This document shows positions 44,227 through 56,115 of a stretch of 64,000 nt of DNA, piece by piece. Location of the stretch: assembly GCA_963575745.1 (NCBI GenBank), contig CAUYUJ010000159.1:496001-560000 (forward strand), in the 5' to 3' direction. The notes beneath the pieces were generated by a model, which saw only the letters and a program-made list of their open reading frames with translations, ran no database searches and was not told the DNA's origin. Both the position numbers and the translations under genes were made by a program. The first letter of the stretch is position 1. Every line of letters begins with the position of its first letter. The stretch is from Prorocentrum cordatum (lineage: Eukaryota).

Positions 44227-47200
44227 TAGTCTCGGCTCGAGAGTGCCCAGCACTCAGACCGCAGCCGCGACGCGAAGCGCCCCGCCTCGGAGCCAGACTC
44301 CCAGGCCTCGCGAGACCGGAGGGGCCCCAGCAGGACCCTACTGATTCGCGTCACCTCTCCCCACCAGAGCGCCCGCAGCAATGGCCCCCAGTAAGCCGGA
44401 GCGCCGTCGCTCTTCCAAGCAGCCTCCGAGCTCACGTCCTGCTGCTGAAGGGTCTCTCCTCCAACGCAAGCAGGACTGCATCGCAGCTTTCAAGCAAGCG
44501 GGGTCTGACCGCCCCACGGCCGCACACAACGGGCTTGCCGAGCTGAACGCGGATGAGCTCCAGGCCACGTACGACATGCACAAGACCAACACGAAGAAGC
44601 TCGGCAGTGCCTTGATCCGCATGTGCGCCGCCAACCAGATCAGCTACACGCTGGATCACCACCAGCGCAGCAAGCCTAAGCGCATTGGCGGTGACACATC
44701 ACACCCACCAGCTGGGTCCGCACGTCTTCAGGCTGCGGACACCCAATTCATTGCCTTGGACCCGGCCTTTTGGAAGGTCCCAGTCCTCGCCGAACCCACA
44801 TCACCTGACGACGGCAAGACGTACAAGCCCAGTATCAGCCTCCACGACTACGAGAGCGGTGAACGGCTGCTGCAACACCACCTCGAGCAGGGTAAGCGTA
44901 CCACGGGTCAGCTTGCGATTGCTGTCATGGGCCCAAAAAACGATAACTACGTCGGTACCGAGCTCGCCGTCCCCGTGCTGAAGCGTCACCCCAAGGCGCC
45001 CAAAGTGGTCCACACGCACGTCCCCGTGACCGTGTACCAGCTGGGCACCAAGGAAGTCGCCTGCACGGAAAAAGTAGCCGTCGCCACCATCGACCTGCCG
45101 ACCACGTATGCTGGATTCGGGCGACCATACATGAAACCGAGGCCATCGCCGCAGTCCCCTCCATGCATCAGGCCTTCGAGGACCAGTTCTCGGGAGGTGC
45201 CCCCGTGAACGGTGGTCCACGCGCCAAGGGTCCTTTCCGAGGGGACTCCGCTCCACAGGACAAGGCGCGCCAAAACCAAAAGCACAGGGAGTCCAAGAAA
45301 GACGCTCGCCGCCAGGAGCTCGATAGTCAGCTCCAGGACACCTTCAAGGCCCTCTTCCACGGCAACTTTAAAGCCGTCACCATCCTCGAACCCTGCAAAA
45401 GCCTAGGCAGGTATGGATCGGGCGTCGGAAAGAGGTCCCTGGCTGCCACCTTCGGCGTCAGTCTTCAAGCGGTCGACAAGGTCTTGGCGGGTTCAGGGCA
45501 ACTCGGCGCCACCTACGACCTCAGCAACGTAGGTGCAGACGAGCCCACTGCAGACAAGTACCAGACCGTGTGGTTCCCTGAGGACCAGCCCATCACGATG
45601 GCAGATGCGTCCCAGAAGTCGGTGGATTTCAAGGCCCTGGGGGTCGTCAGGCACGGCAAGTCAGGCTTATTGGGGATCCGTGTTTCACGAGGGTCAGACG
45701 CCGCCAAGGCTGCTGCCGTCAGCATCCGCGGCTGCGAAGCCACCCTCGCCAAGACGCGCTACCGCATCACTGGCATTGCGGCACGCCACGCCACGCTGAC
45801 CCCGCTCGCCAAGACTCTCACGGGCCCGTCCGTTAAATGGGACTGTGAGGTCTACCACACCGCCTGGGACCCAGCCACTTCGGCTCAGTTTGCCTTAGTG
45901 CGCGCCCATCGTCCCCCACTCACTTATACGGTACAGGTCGCAGGGTGCCCCATCCCGTGGAGCATCACCGAGGCCCCGCTGGCTGAGGTGGTGCCGAAGA
46001 GGGACAACGTTACCATCGTCACGCCTACCACTATCACAGAGCCTGTGACGCCGCCAGCCCGTGGTGGCGGCTTCAGCCCCGCCACTGGCACACTCCTCAC
46101 CAAAGCGGCCCAGAGCCCTTACCTCCACGACCTCATGACTGCCACGCCAAAAGGCAAGGGCGTCGCACCGCTCCTGATCCCCAAGGAGGAGCCTTTAGCC
46201 AAGCGCCACCGATCCTCCAGTGGGAAACGCGACGCCACGCCGCACGCAAGATCACACGGCGCCCAGGCCGCAGCTCCTCTGCACCCCCGCACGGCACGGA
46301 CGGAGCTGCCGAGCAGACGGCCGTCCAAGGACCAGGCGGTCATGACCCGCAGCTTGGCACGGTGGCGGCTGAAGGTGGGGGCCACACCGAAGGGGACGCT
46401 GCCACAGCCGCCGAAGTACCAGGCGACGCTGACGACGTCGAGATCCTCTCATCAGGTGATGAATACAGCGTGGCGTCCCACGAACTCACCTTCGGCGAAC
46501 GCTTCGCATCGGCCCCTAAACTGCCAGATGCCGCCACGACCCGCATCCAACACATGGAACAACAGCACGAGCTGCTTGCCAACACGGTGGATAACATGCA
46601 GGTTCAGCTTGCGGGCGTTCTCTCCTCCCAGGCCACACTCACGGAGCACGCCTCAGGTTTGGAACGGGGGCTTGCCACCGTCGTCACCCAGCAACAGACG
46701 GCAACCGCCGAAGCCGCTGCACTGCGTGGCGACATCCAGGCCCTCCTCGGGCACCTCACGGGGGGCACCATCCACCTGCCACAGGTGGCCACTCTCGAAA
46801 CTAAGACGGAGGAAGCTGCATCAGTTGCCGATCCCGTGGTTGTCTGCGGGTGGATCGACCAGCCAGGCCAGGTCACCCCAGGGACGGGGCCCCCAGGGGC
46901 TGACAAAGGCAAAGACAAGTGTCGGGTCACCCAGGAACCCTATTGAAGGTGCCTCAGAGAGCCTGCCTCAGCCCTCCGAGGAAGCGCCTTCAGAGGCATC
47001 CCTCCCCTCTTCGCGTCTTATCTCCTTCTTGTCATATCATGTCAGTTTTGGCAGCAGCACGCGCAAGCTATCTGGTGTAGGGACACCCGTCATCTTGCAG
47101 GGGGCGTGATTGTTGCAATGTACATGAGCATGCAGGGGTATCTGAGGATGCGTGCTGACATGCAGCTTTTGGCTCATCGCTCGCGCCGCCCGCCAAGCCT

Positions 47201-49673
47201 CGCCATCATGTGGCGCCTTGCCTGCAGCCTGGCCCTCCCCTCGCTCGCTGGAGCACACCCGTCTTCAGGCGGTGCGCCCCAGCATGGAGGTGAGGTTTTC
47301 CTGCGACATGCTGAACGTGGGACTCTTTTCTACCTTTACGATGACAGCATCCACAAGTACGATCACTGCACCATTTTGGACCCGATCGTGAACAGCACCG
47401 CCGCCGCGGGTCCGTGCGGCAACGGACCGCTGGGCGCCATCGTGAGCGCATGCACGCCCTTGTCAGCTACGACACATGCATCGAAATCCACCCCCAGCGT
47501 GGCCTCGACCGTGGTGCAGCAGATCCTTGACGGGGACGTTGATACAGGCCAGGCACGCAGTGGCGGCTTCAGCCCCGCTGTCGTGCCCCGCTATAGCCCC
47601 ACGGGTCTCACCCCCCCCCTGTGCGCTAGGGGCGAACCCGAGGAGGACCCCGCTTTCTGGCACCTGATGATGATCCGCGCCCGGCTCATACCGTGCGCTG
47701 CGGCGTGGGCGCCAGGTGAGGACCACCAGGACGTGTTCTGGGCATGGCTCGAGGACTGCGTCCCGTACATCCTGGCGACGCTTCATCTGCCACAGTACGA
47801 TCACCTCTTCCAGGAGGACACTGAGGACACAACCGACGCCCTGCGCCAGCTCACCGCGTTCGACATGTGCGAGGACATCTGGTATAGAGCGGGCCCCGAC
47901 AGACAGCGCACAAACCGCAACCTCACTCTTATCCAAGGCAGCCGCGAGCATTCCACCCGCTACTTTGGCCTCCTTCTGGAATACCAGGGTGCTCGTGCCC
48001 AGCTTGTCGGCCCTGAAGCTTTCGCGGCACCTTTGCCGCCATACCTCTCACGGGCCACGCCTTACTACCAAGAGGCCTTCCCCCACCCGACCAAGACGCC
48101 CTGGCGTACCTCGCTGATGCGATCCTGCACCACCCGACAGACATGCAGCCGCATGTCGAGGCGGAGCTCGCCGCGGCACCGATGGAACCGCTTAACCCAC
48201 CACCGCCAGCTGGCCTCGCCCAGCACGCCTCGGGTGATCAGGCCGCAGACGACCCCGTATCATGGCTGCTCCAGCACATCGCGGCCAGCGACATCAGCGA
48301 CACACCCCTGGACTCGTTCCACGCGTCGGACGATATCAGCAACATATCCCTGGGCTCGGTCCATGTGGACGATAACCAGGACGACATGGAAACCCAGGAT
48401 CGCGACGGCACGACACCACCAGGCGACACGGCCCAGCGTGACCGTGACAGTGAACCCCACCTAGGGCACACCTCGTCGCACAGCAGTCCGCCCAACAACT
48501 CGGCCCAGGCCGACCCCTGCGCACAGCTCAACGACGCTGAAGGCGCCACTGCCGCCGACGCGACAAGCCATGCCACTGCATCGCCAGCTCATGCCAGCCC
48601 GCGCAGTGGCGGCTTCAGCCCCGCTGCAGCACTGGCTGGACCTGGACATCCCCAGACCGCAGGTGGCAGCACCACGCCCCGCACCTCTGTCTGCCGTGTT
48701 AACGTGACTGACTCCAACCCCAGTGTCATTGACCACTGGCAGGCCGACATCGACAACGACCCCATCGATGACGAGTACCCAGGTGCCAGCGGTTCCCACG
48801 AGCCCCAGCACAGCGCAGCGGCATCACGACACTGTGGCTGCCTCATCTGCCTCTTTGTGGCCACGTACGCCATCGTGATAGCAATGCCGTACAAGGACCA
48901 GATCGATGGGTACTTGCCGACACCGAGCCGAGACCCCAGCTACCGACAACGACGACGACGTGAAGCGGCGGCACCAGGCCCATCTGTGCCCACCACATCC
49001 CGACGCACAACGACATACAACGTCACGTCCGCATTGTGGGCCTCTCTCAAATGGACCAGCGTCAAACTCAGAGATAGCGTCTCGGGCGGAGCCAGCGCAG
49101 TCGGGGTCGGCCTCGGGGGTGTCCTGAAATGGGCCAGCGGCAAACTCGGGGCTATTGCCACGGGCGGAGTTGCGTGCGGTCTTCTACTCGTCGGCGCCAA
49201 ACTTCTTGCTCAAGGAGCCGCCGGACACGTAGGAGCCCGCATCTGTGCGCGGGCCCTGGACTCATCCACAGCCCAGTGGTGCCTCCGCTGTTGCCAACCG
49301 AGCAGGAGGCCGCGCGATGAGGCCACATACACAATGCCGTGCACGCTTGCCGACGAACACGACGACCAGCACGTGCACTCACTCCGACATCCGCTGCTGC
49401 AGGAACACTACGCCGCAGCAGTTGCCGCCGCAGTCGCCGATGTCACTACCGCCACCACCGCCGCCATCGTCGAATTCACTGCCGCCGTATCGCGAGCCTC
49501 GTCTGTCACACCAAGATCGACCAGCCCGTCTCCGCGAGACGGCTCCAAAAGCGGCGCGGCATACGGTAACCTACCGACTAACGAGGATGCCACAGCACAC
49601 GGCAGCGACACCGAGGCAAGGGAAACACGTGAGTGCACCCACGATAGCCCGTGGTCCATCTTCCGACATGCTG

Positions 49674-49773
49674 NNNNNNNNNNNNNNNNNNNNNNNNNNN
49701 NNNNNNNNNNNNNNNNNNNNNNNNNNNNNNNNNNNNNNNNNNNNNNNNNNNNNNNNNNNNNNNNNNNNNNNNN
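49674..49773. other. Assembly gap (100 N)
   Basis: N run of placeholder length; removes most of the LINE A endonuclease. Confidence 0.99.
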
Positions 49774-50424
49774 CCGCCGCGAGGGTCGGCTCAGCCCCGT
49801 ATTTCATCTGCATGACGCCAACACGAACATCGACGACAATCCACATCTGCTGCACATGATGCAGCACGGATGGTTTAACGTCGCTGAGGGCACACCAGAC
49901 CACACCATGCACACATACGGCAATATCCCTGACTGGGACCGCGTCACCAAGTGCCCCCGCACTTCGCGCATCGATTATATCATTGCCAACCAAGCGGTGC
50001 GATCCCTTGTCACCGACTTCTGCTATCTGCGCGACTTGCCAGCGAAGTCCCATGTTGGCCTGCAGGTCACGCTTGACCTCAGTCGCCTCGACCATGCGGC
50101 CCGACGCCTTCTCGCCCCCACGCCCTACCCTCCCAACGATGGAGCTCACGAGGGTCACGAACTGCAGGCATTAGGGACCCTCATCGCTGGGCGATATCAG
50201 GACCGCATGGAGCAGGCCGACACACGCGACGACGTGGAACGCATGTTCGCCCTGGCTAACGAGGCCAGTCATGAGTACCACCTCGCCCGTCTGCGCGACC
50301 TGCCACCTCCACCGCCCGACCACCCAAAAAAGAAGCCCCCCACCATGCACGGACTTACGCCCACGTTCGAAGATCGACCAGTTGTCCCCGCGCCTTCCCC
50401 ACCTACGGAGCTTCCACGATACAC

Positions 50425-53400
50425 ATGAACCGACTGCGCAAGCTCCATCGGCAACTCTGTGAGCTTCGCTTCATCGGACAGCACCATCATTTAGACTGCC
50501 GTGCCATCCCGCCGTACCTGGCGCAGCGCATCGACTGCACGTGGACCGCGGCCCGCCCCCTATGTCACAAGCTGCGCCCCACGGTTCTCTTAGACTTCCC
50601 CGAGGCCTGGACCCCCGACGAGCCAGCACCTCACGGAGAGCACCTTGACGGTTTGATCCAAAACCTCGACTCAGAGCTGGCGCGACGCGCGAACCGTGCC
50701 AAAGCTGAACGCATCAAGATATGGGCTGAAGGCGTCCGCGAGCCAAGCGGGCGAAAGGCGGCCATATACGCACGGGCTGCTGACAGCTCGCCCACGGCGT
50801 ATCTCCGCACGCCTACCACTCCTGACGATACGCAGCTCCACTGCGACACCAACGCCTTCAAACCTGACAAAGCTAGCACGGACGATAGCGACGCCGACAC
50901 CGAAGCTGCCGGCTTCAGCCCCAGCGACGGTAGTTCGCCCGACACGGACAACGACGAAGACCACACTTGTGAACCACCACCTGCACAGGTCCCCGACATT
51001 CTTCCTGCCAACGCCATTGTTGCTAATACCAAAGACATGCTTAAGCTCATGGTCGACACCTGGGAGCCCATCTTGGGCAGGTACCGCGCCCGTGCAGGAC
51101 ATGACGCCGAAGCCATGCCGACGTGGGCTGACTTCTACGACGAGTACCGACAAGTGCTGCCTACGCCATCACCAGCTACCCCTTTCCACCTCACCGACGA
51201 CCAACTCATCCACTTTATTCGCACCCGTTCACCGCGCCGTGCGGGGGGACTGGACGGCTGGACTACTAAGGAGGCTAAGGAGTTACCCGACGACATTCTT
51301 CGCCTCCTCGCCAGCGTCTTACGCGCTATGCAACGCACTGGCACCATCCCAGAACCCCTCCTTCATGTGCCAAACCCGTGCCTCCGAAAAGGCCGAGGCG
51401 AACTCCCAACGTACCAACGACTTCTCTCGGTGCTTTCCGTTTGGATGTATGCGTGGGAAGCGCCAGCTTACCGCAGCCTCACGGACTGGCGGAAAGGATG
51501 GACCCACGCCACGAGGTTTGGCGCTGTCCCCAAAGCTACCATTGGGGACGTCAGCACCTCTCTTGCCCTGCGCATCGAACACGCCAGGGCCTTACTCCTC
51601 CCCTTAGCTGGGGCTGCCCTTGACCGACAGAAGTGTTTCGACTACCTCATCACGGACATCTGCCTTAACCTAGCGCTTCACGCGGGGTGCCCCCAAGACA
51701 TCGTTACTGTCCGCAGAAACTTCTACAGTCGCCACAAACGCTACATCCGCTTGAACGGAGCGTACTCTAAGGAATTGGCCAGGACCAACGGTCACCTCCA
51801 GGGAAGCTCTTGGTCCCTGGACGACATTAAGCTGCTCATGTGTGTGTGGACCAAGAGACAGCATCGATACGTTCCGCGATCACTCAGCAATACCTTTGTT
51901 GACGACAGCAACTCCACTACTCACACCGCGCCTGAGTTGCAGAAATCTCTTGATGAAACCGCCAAGTTTGATCGATTTTCAGGTCAACGCATTCACCCTG
52001 GCAAAGTGGCGGGGTGGGCGCTCACCGACGAGCTTCACGCCGCCGTTACCCAGCTCACTCGGGCGGAACGGCCCTTACGCGTGGTCGACTCCTTCAAGCT
52101 CGTCGGGAGTTACATCAACGCCGAGGCAGCGCCGGCTCCAGCCGCGCTTAACCTCACGGCCACCGCTGAAGCCCGTGTTCGGAGGGCGACTAGTCGCCTG
52201 CCACGCATTGGCAAGCTCCCATCGCCGATGCTTATTAAGGCGCGGCACGCCCGTTCCCTTGCTGCCAGCGTCTGTACCACGGGCACCGACATTCAAGCCC
52301 CATCATGCCCCGTCAAAACTGCCTACAACCATGCCCTCAAGGCGGCTATCCGCCCCAAGGGAAACAAGTGGGTCGAGTTTTGGACTCTCATGGCCGTGTG
52401 CGTCCCAGGACACGCCCTGGAGATTGACGCCATCACGCAGCGTGAAGTTTTCCTGTGTCTGCGGCGACAGGTTAATCGCGACGCTACACTCTGCGGTCTC
52501 GTCAGGGATCTCCAACACCACGTTCAGTCCCTGTTTGGGGGAGGACCTGTCGGACGACTTGTCCAGACGCTCCAGCAGCTCCGTTGGACCTGGCCCACAT
52601 TTGGCATCATGTACGACGACTGGGGCTGCCAGATCAGTTGGATGAACTTACCCCAAAACGCCTTCCTTCACATGCTGCGGGCCTCACAACGCAGAGCCTT
52701 TCTGAGGAGGATCAAGCCACGGCGTCACGACCTTGGATACCTTGCCTCTGTCAGACAGGGCCTCGACCTCTTCGCCAGCACGTGGCTCGCCCGAACGGAA
52801 GGAGCAGCCAAATGCACTGCCTGGCAGCTGGCGCTCCTCCTGAACTACCTGTCGGGCGGGGGCCACACCCAACAGCGACGATCCCGATCAAACACGTCTG
52901 CTGACCCCAGCCCCATCTGCCGATACTGCGACGAGGAAGAGGAAACTCAGGAGCACACTGTTCGCGACTGCAAGTGCTGGGCCCGAGAAAGAGTCCCTCT
53001 CACCACCCTCATCAGGGACGAGCAGTGGGCCCGTCTTCCGCCGCACACAAGACACTGCGGGCTCTTCGATGAAGACCCAGCCCTCCTCGACCTGCAGGCC
53101 GACCTCGCGAGGGACCCGCTACCTCAGCCCATGCCGCGGCCCCCACCTGAGGGAGATCCTGCGGCTTCAGCCCAGGACTCCTACACCACCTACCTTGACC
53201 ACGACACTGGTTGGACATGGGTCTACGCTGCCACGGACGGTGCATGCACCAACCAAGCCATCCCTTTGCTAGCACGAGCGGGCTACGGCGTCTACTACGG
53301 CATCGACCACCGCATGAACTACAGTGCACGCGTTCACGGCATTACGCAGAACGCACAGCTTGCGGAGACCCTCGCCAGTGTCCACCTCACGGCATGTGCT

Positions 53401-54597
53401 GAACGGCCCGTACACGTTTTCGTGGACAACCAGGCGGTGGTCGATGGGTTCCAAAGTATCATCGACGGACACTCACCACCGCAGGGCACGCACGTGGAGC
53501 TCTGGGAAAAGATCCACCGATGCGTCATGGCCAAGCCCAACATGTTCCGCGTCGAGAAAATCGCAATCCACCTGGGAGACATGGGCATCGACCTCGGGCT
53601 CATCGGGCCCATCGCGGAGGAGTTCAATCGTCAGGCTGACGCCCTCGCCACAACGGCGGCACGTACTCATAACCTTCCAGACGACATTGTCGAAGCTGCC
53701 AAAACACGACATCGCAAAGCGACCGTGCTTCATGGAGTCGCTGTCGCCATCTACGAGCGTAGACACCGCACACTCCCCCTCCCACACCGCAGGGCTGGGT
53801 TTACAGCTGCGGAACTCACCAAAATGGAACCAAACCCCCTGCTGTCTGACCAGGCACCACCCGCGGCTGGACCAGACATCCCACAGAACCCGGACGAGCT
53901 CTGGGCCGAGGCCCAACGGGCGATATTCGACAAACAGGAGGACGACCCGTTCGGCTTTGGCGGGGGCCTTGACTTCCTAGGCGACGGGCCAGCCAGCGCC
54001 AACCTTGCCCCGTCGGGCACCCGCACGTCGCCCTCGACTCCGCCACTGAGAGTGGCATCGCACCCACATGACAACGCCGCTCACCTTCAAGACGCTGACG
54101 AACAGGAGGACGACCTGTTCAGCTTCGGTGGGGGATCGGACGCTTTGGACGACGGACCAGTCAGCGAAAACCCTGCCCCGTCGGGCAACCTCTCGATGCC
54201 TACCGCGACTCCGTCCCCGAGAGCGACATCGCCCCCCTACGATGATATCGGCCACCGCCAAGACGCCGACGACGACCTGGGTGACCCCCGCGGACTGAGT
54301 GGCATAGACGACGCACCGCCGACACCCCACGCTGCCGACCATGCCGCCCTACCGAGACGCCACCCTTCTACGCGGCCGACCTCAGAGCCTTTGCACGGCA
54401 TCATGATTGGTCCCACCGCGCAAACCACTCCGCCCCCCCACCAGCGGCAGCCCGCGGGGGCGGCTTCAGCCCCCCCGCAGGGCACTGAACCAGACAGGCC
54501 CTCGCGCCCCGTCCACGCTTCCATCGTTGCTGAGCGAGAGGATGCGGCTCTCCCGACCTCTCGGGGCGTGGCCCTAGCGGCTCCAGCCCTGGGGTAG
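50425..54597 (+). CDS. LINE A ORF2, RT/RNase H portion (1390-aa open frame)
   Basis: RT and RNase H motifs as above; frameshifted relative to the APE-containing frame near 50420. Confidence 0.85.
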   Translation: MNRLRKLHRQLCELRFIGQHHHLDCRAIPPYLAQRIDCTWTAARPLCHKLRPTVLLDFPEAWTPDEPAPHGEHLDGLIQNLDSELARRANRAKAERIKIWAEGVREPSGRKAAIYARAADSSPTAYLRTPTTPDDTQLHCDTNAFKPDKASTDDSDADTEAAGFSPSDGSSPDTDNDEDHTCEPPPAQVPDILPANAIVANTKDMLKLMVDTWEPILGRYRARAGHDAEAMPTWADFYDEYRQVLPTPSPATPFHLTDDQLIHFIRTRSPRRAGGLDGWTTKEAKELPDDILRLLASVLRAMQRTGTIPEPLLHVPNPCLRKGRGELPTYQRLLSVLSVWMYAWEAPAYRSLTDWRKGWTHATRFGAVPKATIGDVSTSLALRIEHARALLLPLAGAALDRQKCFDYLITDICLNLALHAGCPQDIVTVRRNFYSRHKRYIRLNGAYSKELARTNGHLQGSSWSLDDIKLLMCVWTKRQHRYVPRSLSNTFVDDSNSTTHTAPELQKSLDETAKFDRFSGQRIHPGKVAGWALTDELHAAVTQLTRAERPLRVVDSFKLVGSYINAEAAPAPAALNLTATAEARVRRATSRLPRIGKLPSPMLIKARHARSLAASVCTTGTDIQAPSCPVKTAYNHALKAAIRPKGNKWVEFWTLMAVCVPGHALEIDAITQREVFLCLRRQVNRDATLCGLVRDLQHHVQSLFGGGPVGRLVQTLQQLRWTWPTFGIMYDDWGCQISWMNLPQNAFLHMLRASQRRAFLRRIKPRRHDLGYLASVRQGLDLFASTWLARTEGAAKCTAWQLALLLNYLSGGGHTQQRRSRSNTSADPSPICRYCDEEEETQEHTVRDCKCWARERVPLTTLIRDEQWARLPPHTRHCGLFDEDPALLDLQADLARDPLPQPMPRPPPEGDPAASAQDSYTTYLDHDTGWTWVYAATDGACTNQAIPLLARAGYGVYYGIDHRMNYSARVHGITQNAQLAETLASVHLTACAERPVHVFVDNQAVVDGFQSIIDGHSPPQGTHVELWEKIHRCVMAKPNMFRVEKIAIHLGDMGIDLGLIGPIAEEFNRQADALATTAARTHNLPDDIVEAAKTRHRKATVLHGVAVAIYERRHRTLPLPHRRAGFTAAELTKMEPNPLLSDQAPPAAGPDIPQNPDELWAEAQRAIFDKQEDDPFGFGGGLDFLGDGPASANLAPSGTRTSPSTPPLRVASHPHDNAAHLQDADEQEDDLFSFGGGSDALDDGPVSENPAPSGNLSMPTATPSPRATSPPYDDIGHRQDADDDLGDPRGLSGIDDAPPTPHAADHAALPRRHPSTRPTSEPLHGIMIGPTAQTTPPPHQRQPAGAASAPPQGTEPDRPSRPVHASIVAEREDAALPTSRGVALAAPALG

Positions 54598-55417
54598 CGT
54601 GTTCCCCTCCAGTCACCTTTCAAGGGTGACGGAGGACAGCGTACAGGGTGCCGCACTACGCTAGTCCACCATCTGGACAGGCGTACCGAGGACCTCGCCT
54701 CTGTCTCGAGGCCCTCGGCCGCTGGCACTGAGCAGCCACCCCTCACCGACCGCGAAACCGAGCTGTCCCAGGCTATGGCTGCTCTCCAGCAGAGGTGAGT
54801 TGCTCTCGCCGCGGACCTCGCCGCCGCCCAAGCTCGCCAAGGCCCTCTACTCCAGCGCCTCCACAGCGCTTCGAAAAGGCCTTCGCCTAAAGAAAAATGG
54901 AACCATCAGGGCTGTGGGTGAGGGAGAAAAGGAGAAGAGGTTGCCGAGCTGCTGACGCCCTCGCCCGTGGGACGTGCCGTCACGCACCACCAATGCTATG
55001 CTGTCCATCGTTCCGCGCGCTCCACCTTTTGCCCCGCAAAAGACTCCTCCTTTCTGCTGCACCCGTGTACGCGTGGCTCCGCGTCCACGTGTAGGGCGTG
55101 GGGGCGGTGGTGCCCCGTCAAGTGCGGGGGCTCGCGCCGCTTAGGCGGCAAGGCGGCCACTTGCCGGTCCTCCAAGCCGCCTAGCCACGTGTCCACATCG
55201 CCTTTCTTGTTGGGCACTCTTTCTTTAACGCGGTCTGACAGGAGAGATCATCACCGTCTGTCCGCCGTCTGTAGCGTCTGTCGCACTGCGCCGGGGGAGG
55301 GTTTTTTTGTTGCCCGCCCTCGTATCTAAAGGCTGCACCGCCGCAAATAGTGTTTTGCGAGTTGTCGCACCGCAGTGCGCCTCGCGGACGGACCCTGGTC
55401 CGCCTACTTGTCCGCTC

Positions 55418-55481
55418 TACCTCTATCTCTCTCGCTCTCATTCTATCTCTCCGTGTCTAGCCCGCCACCCTGATCTCTCCC

Positions 55482-55528
<47 letters not shown>

Positions 55529-55647
55529 TCGTCCCATCGCACATCCTCACGTCCTCCCCTCGCCCTCTCTCTCTCTCATCCTCTCTCCTCTCTCTCTCTC
55601 TCACTCTCTGTCTCCTCTCTCTCTCTCTCTCTCCCTCTCCCTTCTCC

Positions 55648-55683
<36 letters not shown>

Positions 55684-56009
55684 CTTCTCTCCCCTTCTTG
55701 CGCTCGCGCTCTCACAGGGCCGAACCGCGCACGCCAATCTAGTATAGCTGTTCTGCCAGCAGGCTATGTTTTTTTTTTGTTTTTTCTCTTCTCTCTCCTC
55801 TCTCCTCTCTTGCTTCTCTCTCTCGTCTCTCTCTCTTTCTCTCCCTCTCTCTCTCTCTTCTCTCCTCTATCTTTCCTCCGTCTCTCTCTCTACCTCTTTC
55901 TTCTACTCTCTCTATCTCTCTTTCCCCCTGGCTCGAATGCTCGCTCCGTGTGGGTACGCGCGCGTCTCTCCTCTCTCTCTTCTCTGCCCGCTTTCCTCTC
56001 TCTATCTCT

Positions 56010-56048
<39 letters not shown>

Positions 56049-56115
56049 GCCTCCTCGCTCTCTCTCTCCTCTCTCTCGGCTCTCTCCTCTCTCTCCTCTC
56101 TCTTCTCTCTCTCCC
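55418..56115. repeat. (TC)n microsatellite with a (TA)n run
   Basis: Direct inspection. Confidence 0.97.

Larger units (their letters stand above)
44227..55417 (+). mobile_element. LINE A: near-full-length non-LTR retrotransposon (ORF1; APE-RT-zinc finger-RNase H)
   Basis: Frameshifted ORF1 44381-46946; APE C-terminus TSRIDYII...SHVGL (~49960-50060); RT LDGWT, DRQKCFD, QGSSWS, FVDD; CRYC..ETQEH..DC; RNase H ATDGAC, NAQLAE, FVDNQ, NRQADALA. Confidence 0.9.

Noticed and set aside
43355..44546. SL/ER dipeptide ORFs, also at 55443-56521
   Set aside because: Translations of (TC)n.
48143..50428. Continuous 761-aa ORF
   Set aside because: It spans a 100-N placeholder gap, so frame continuity cannot be assumed.
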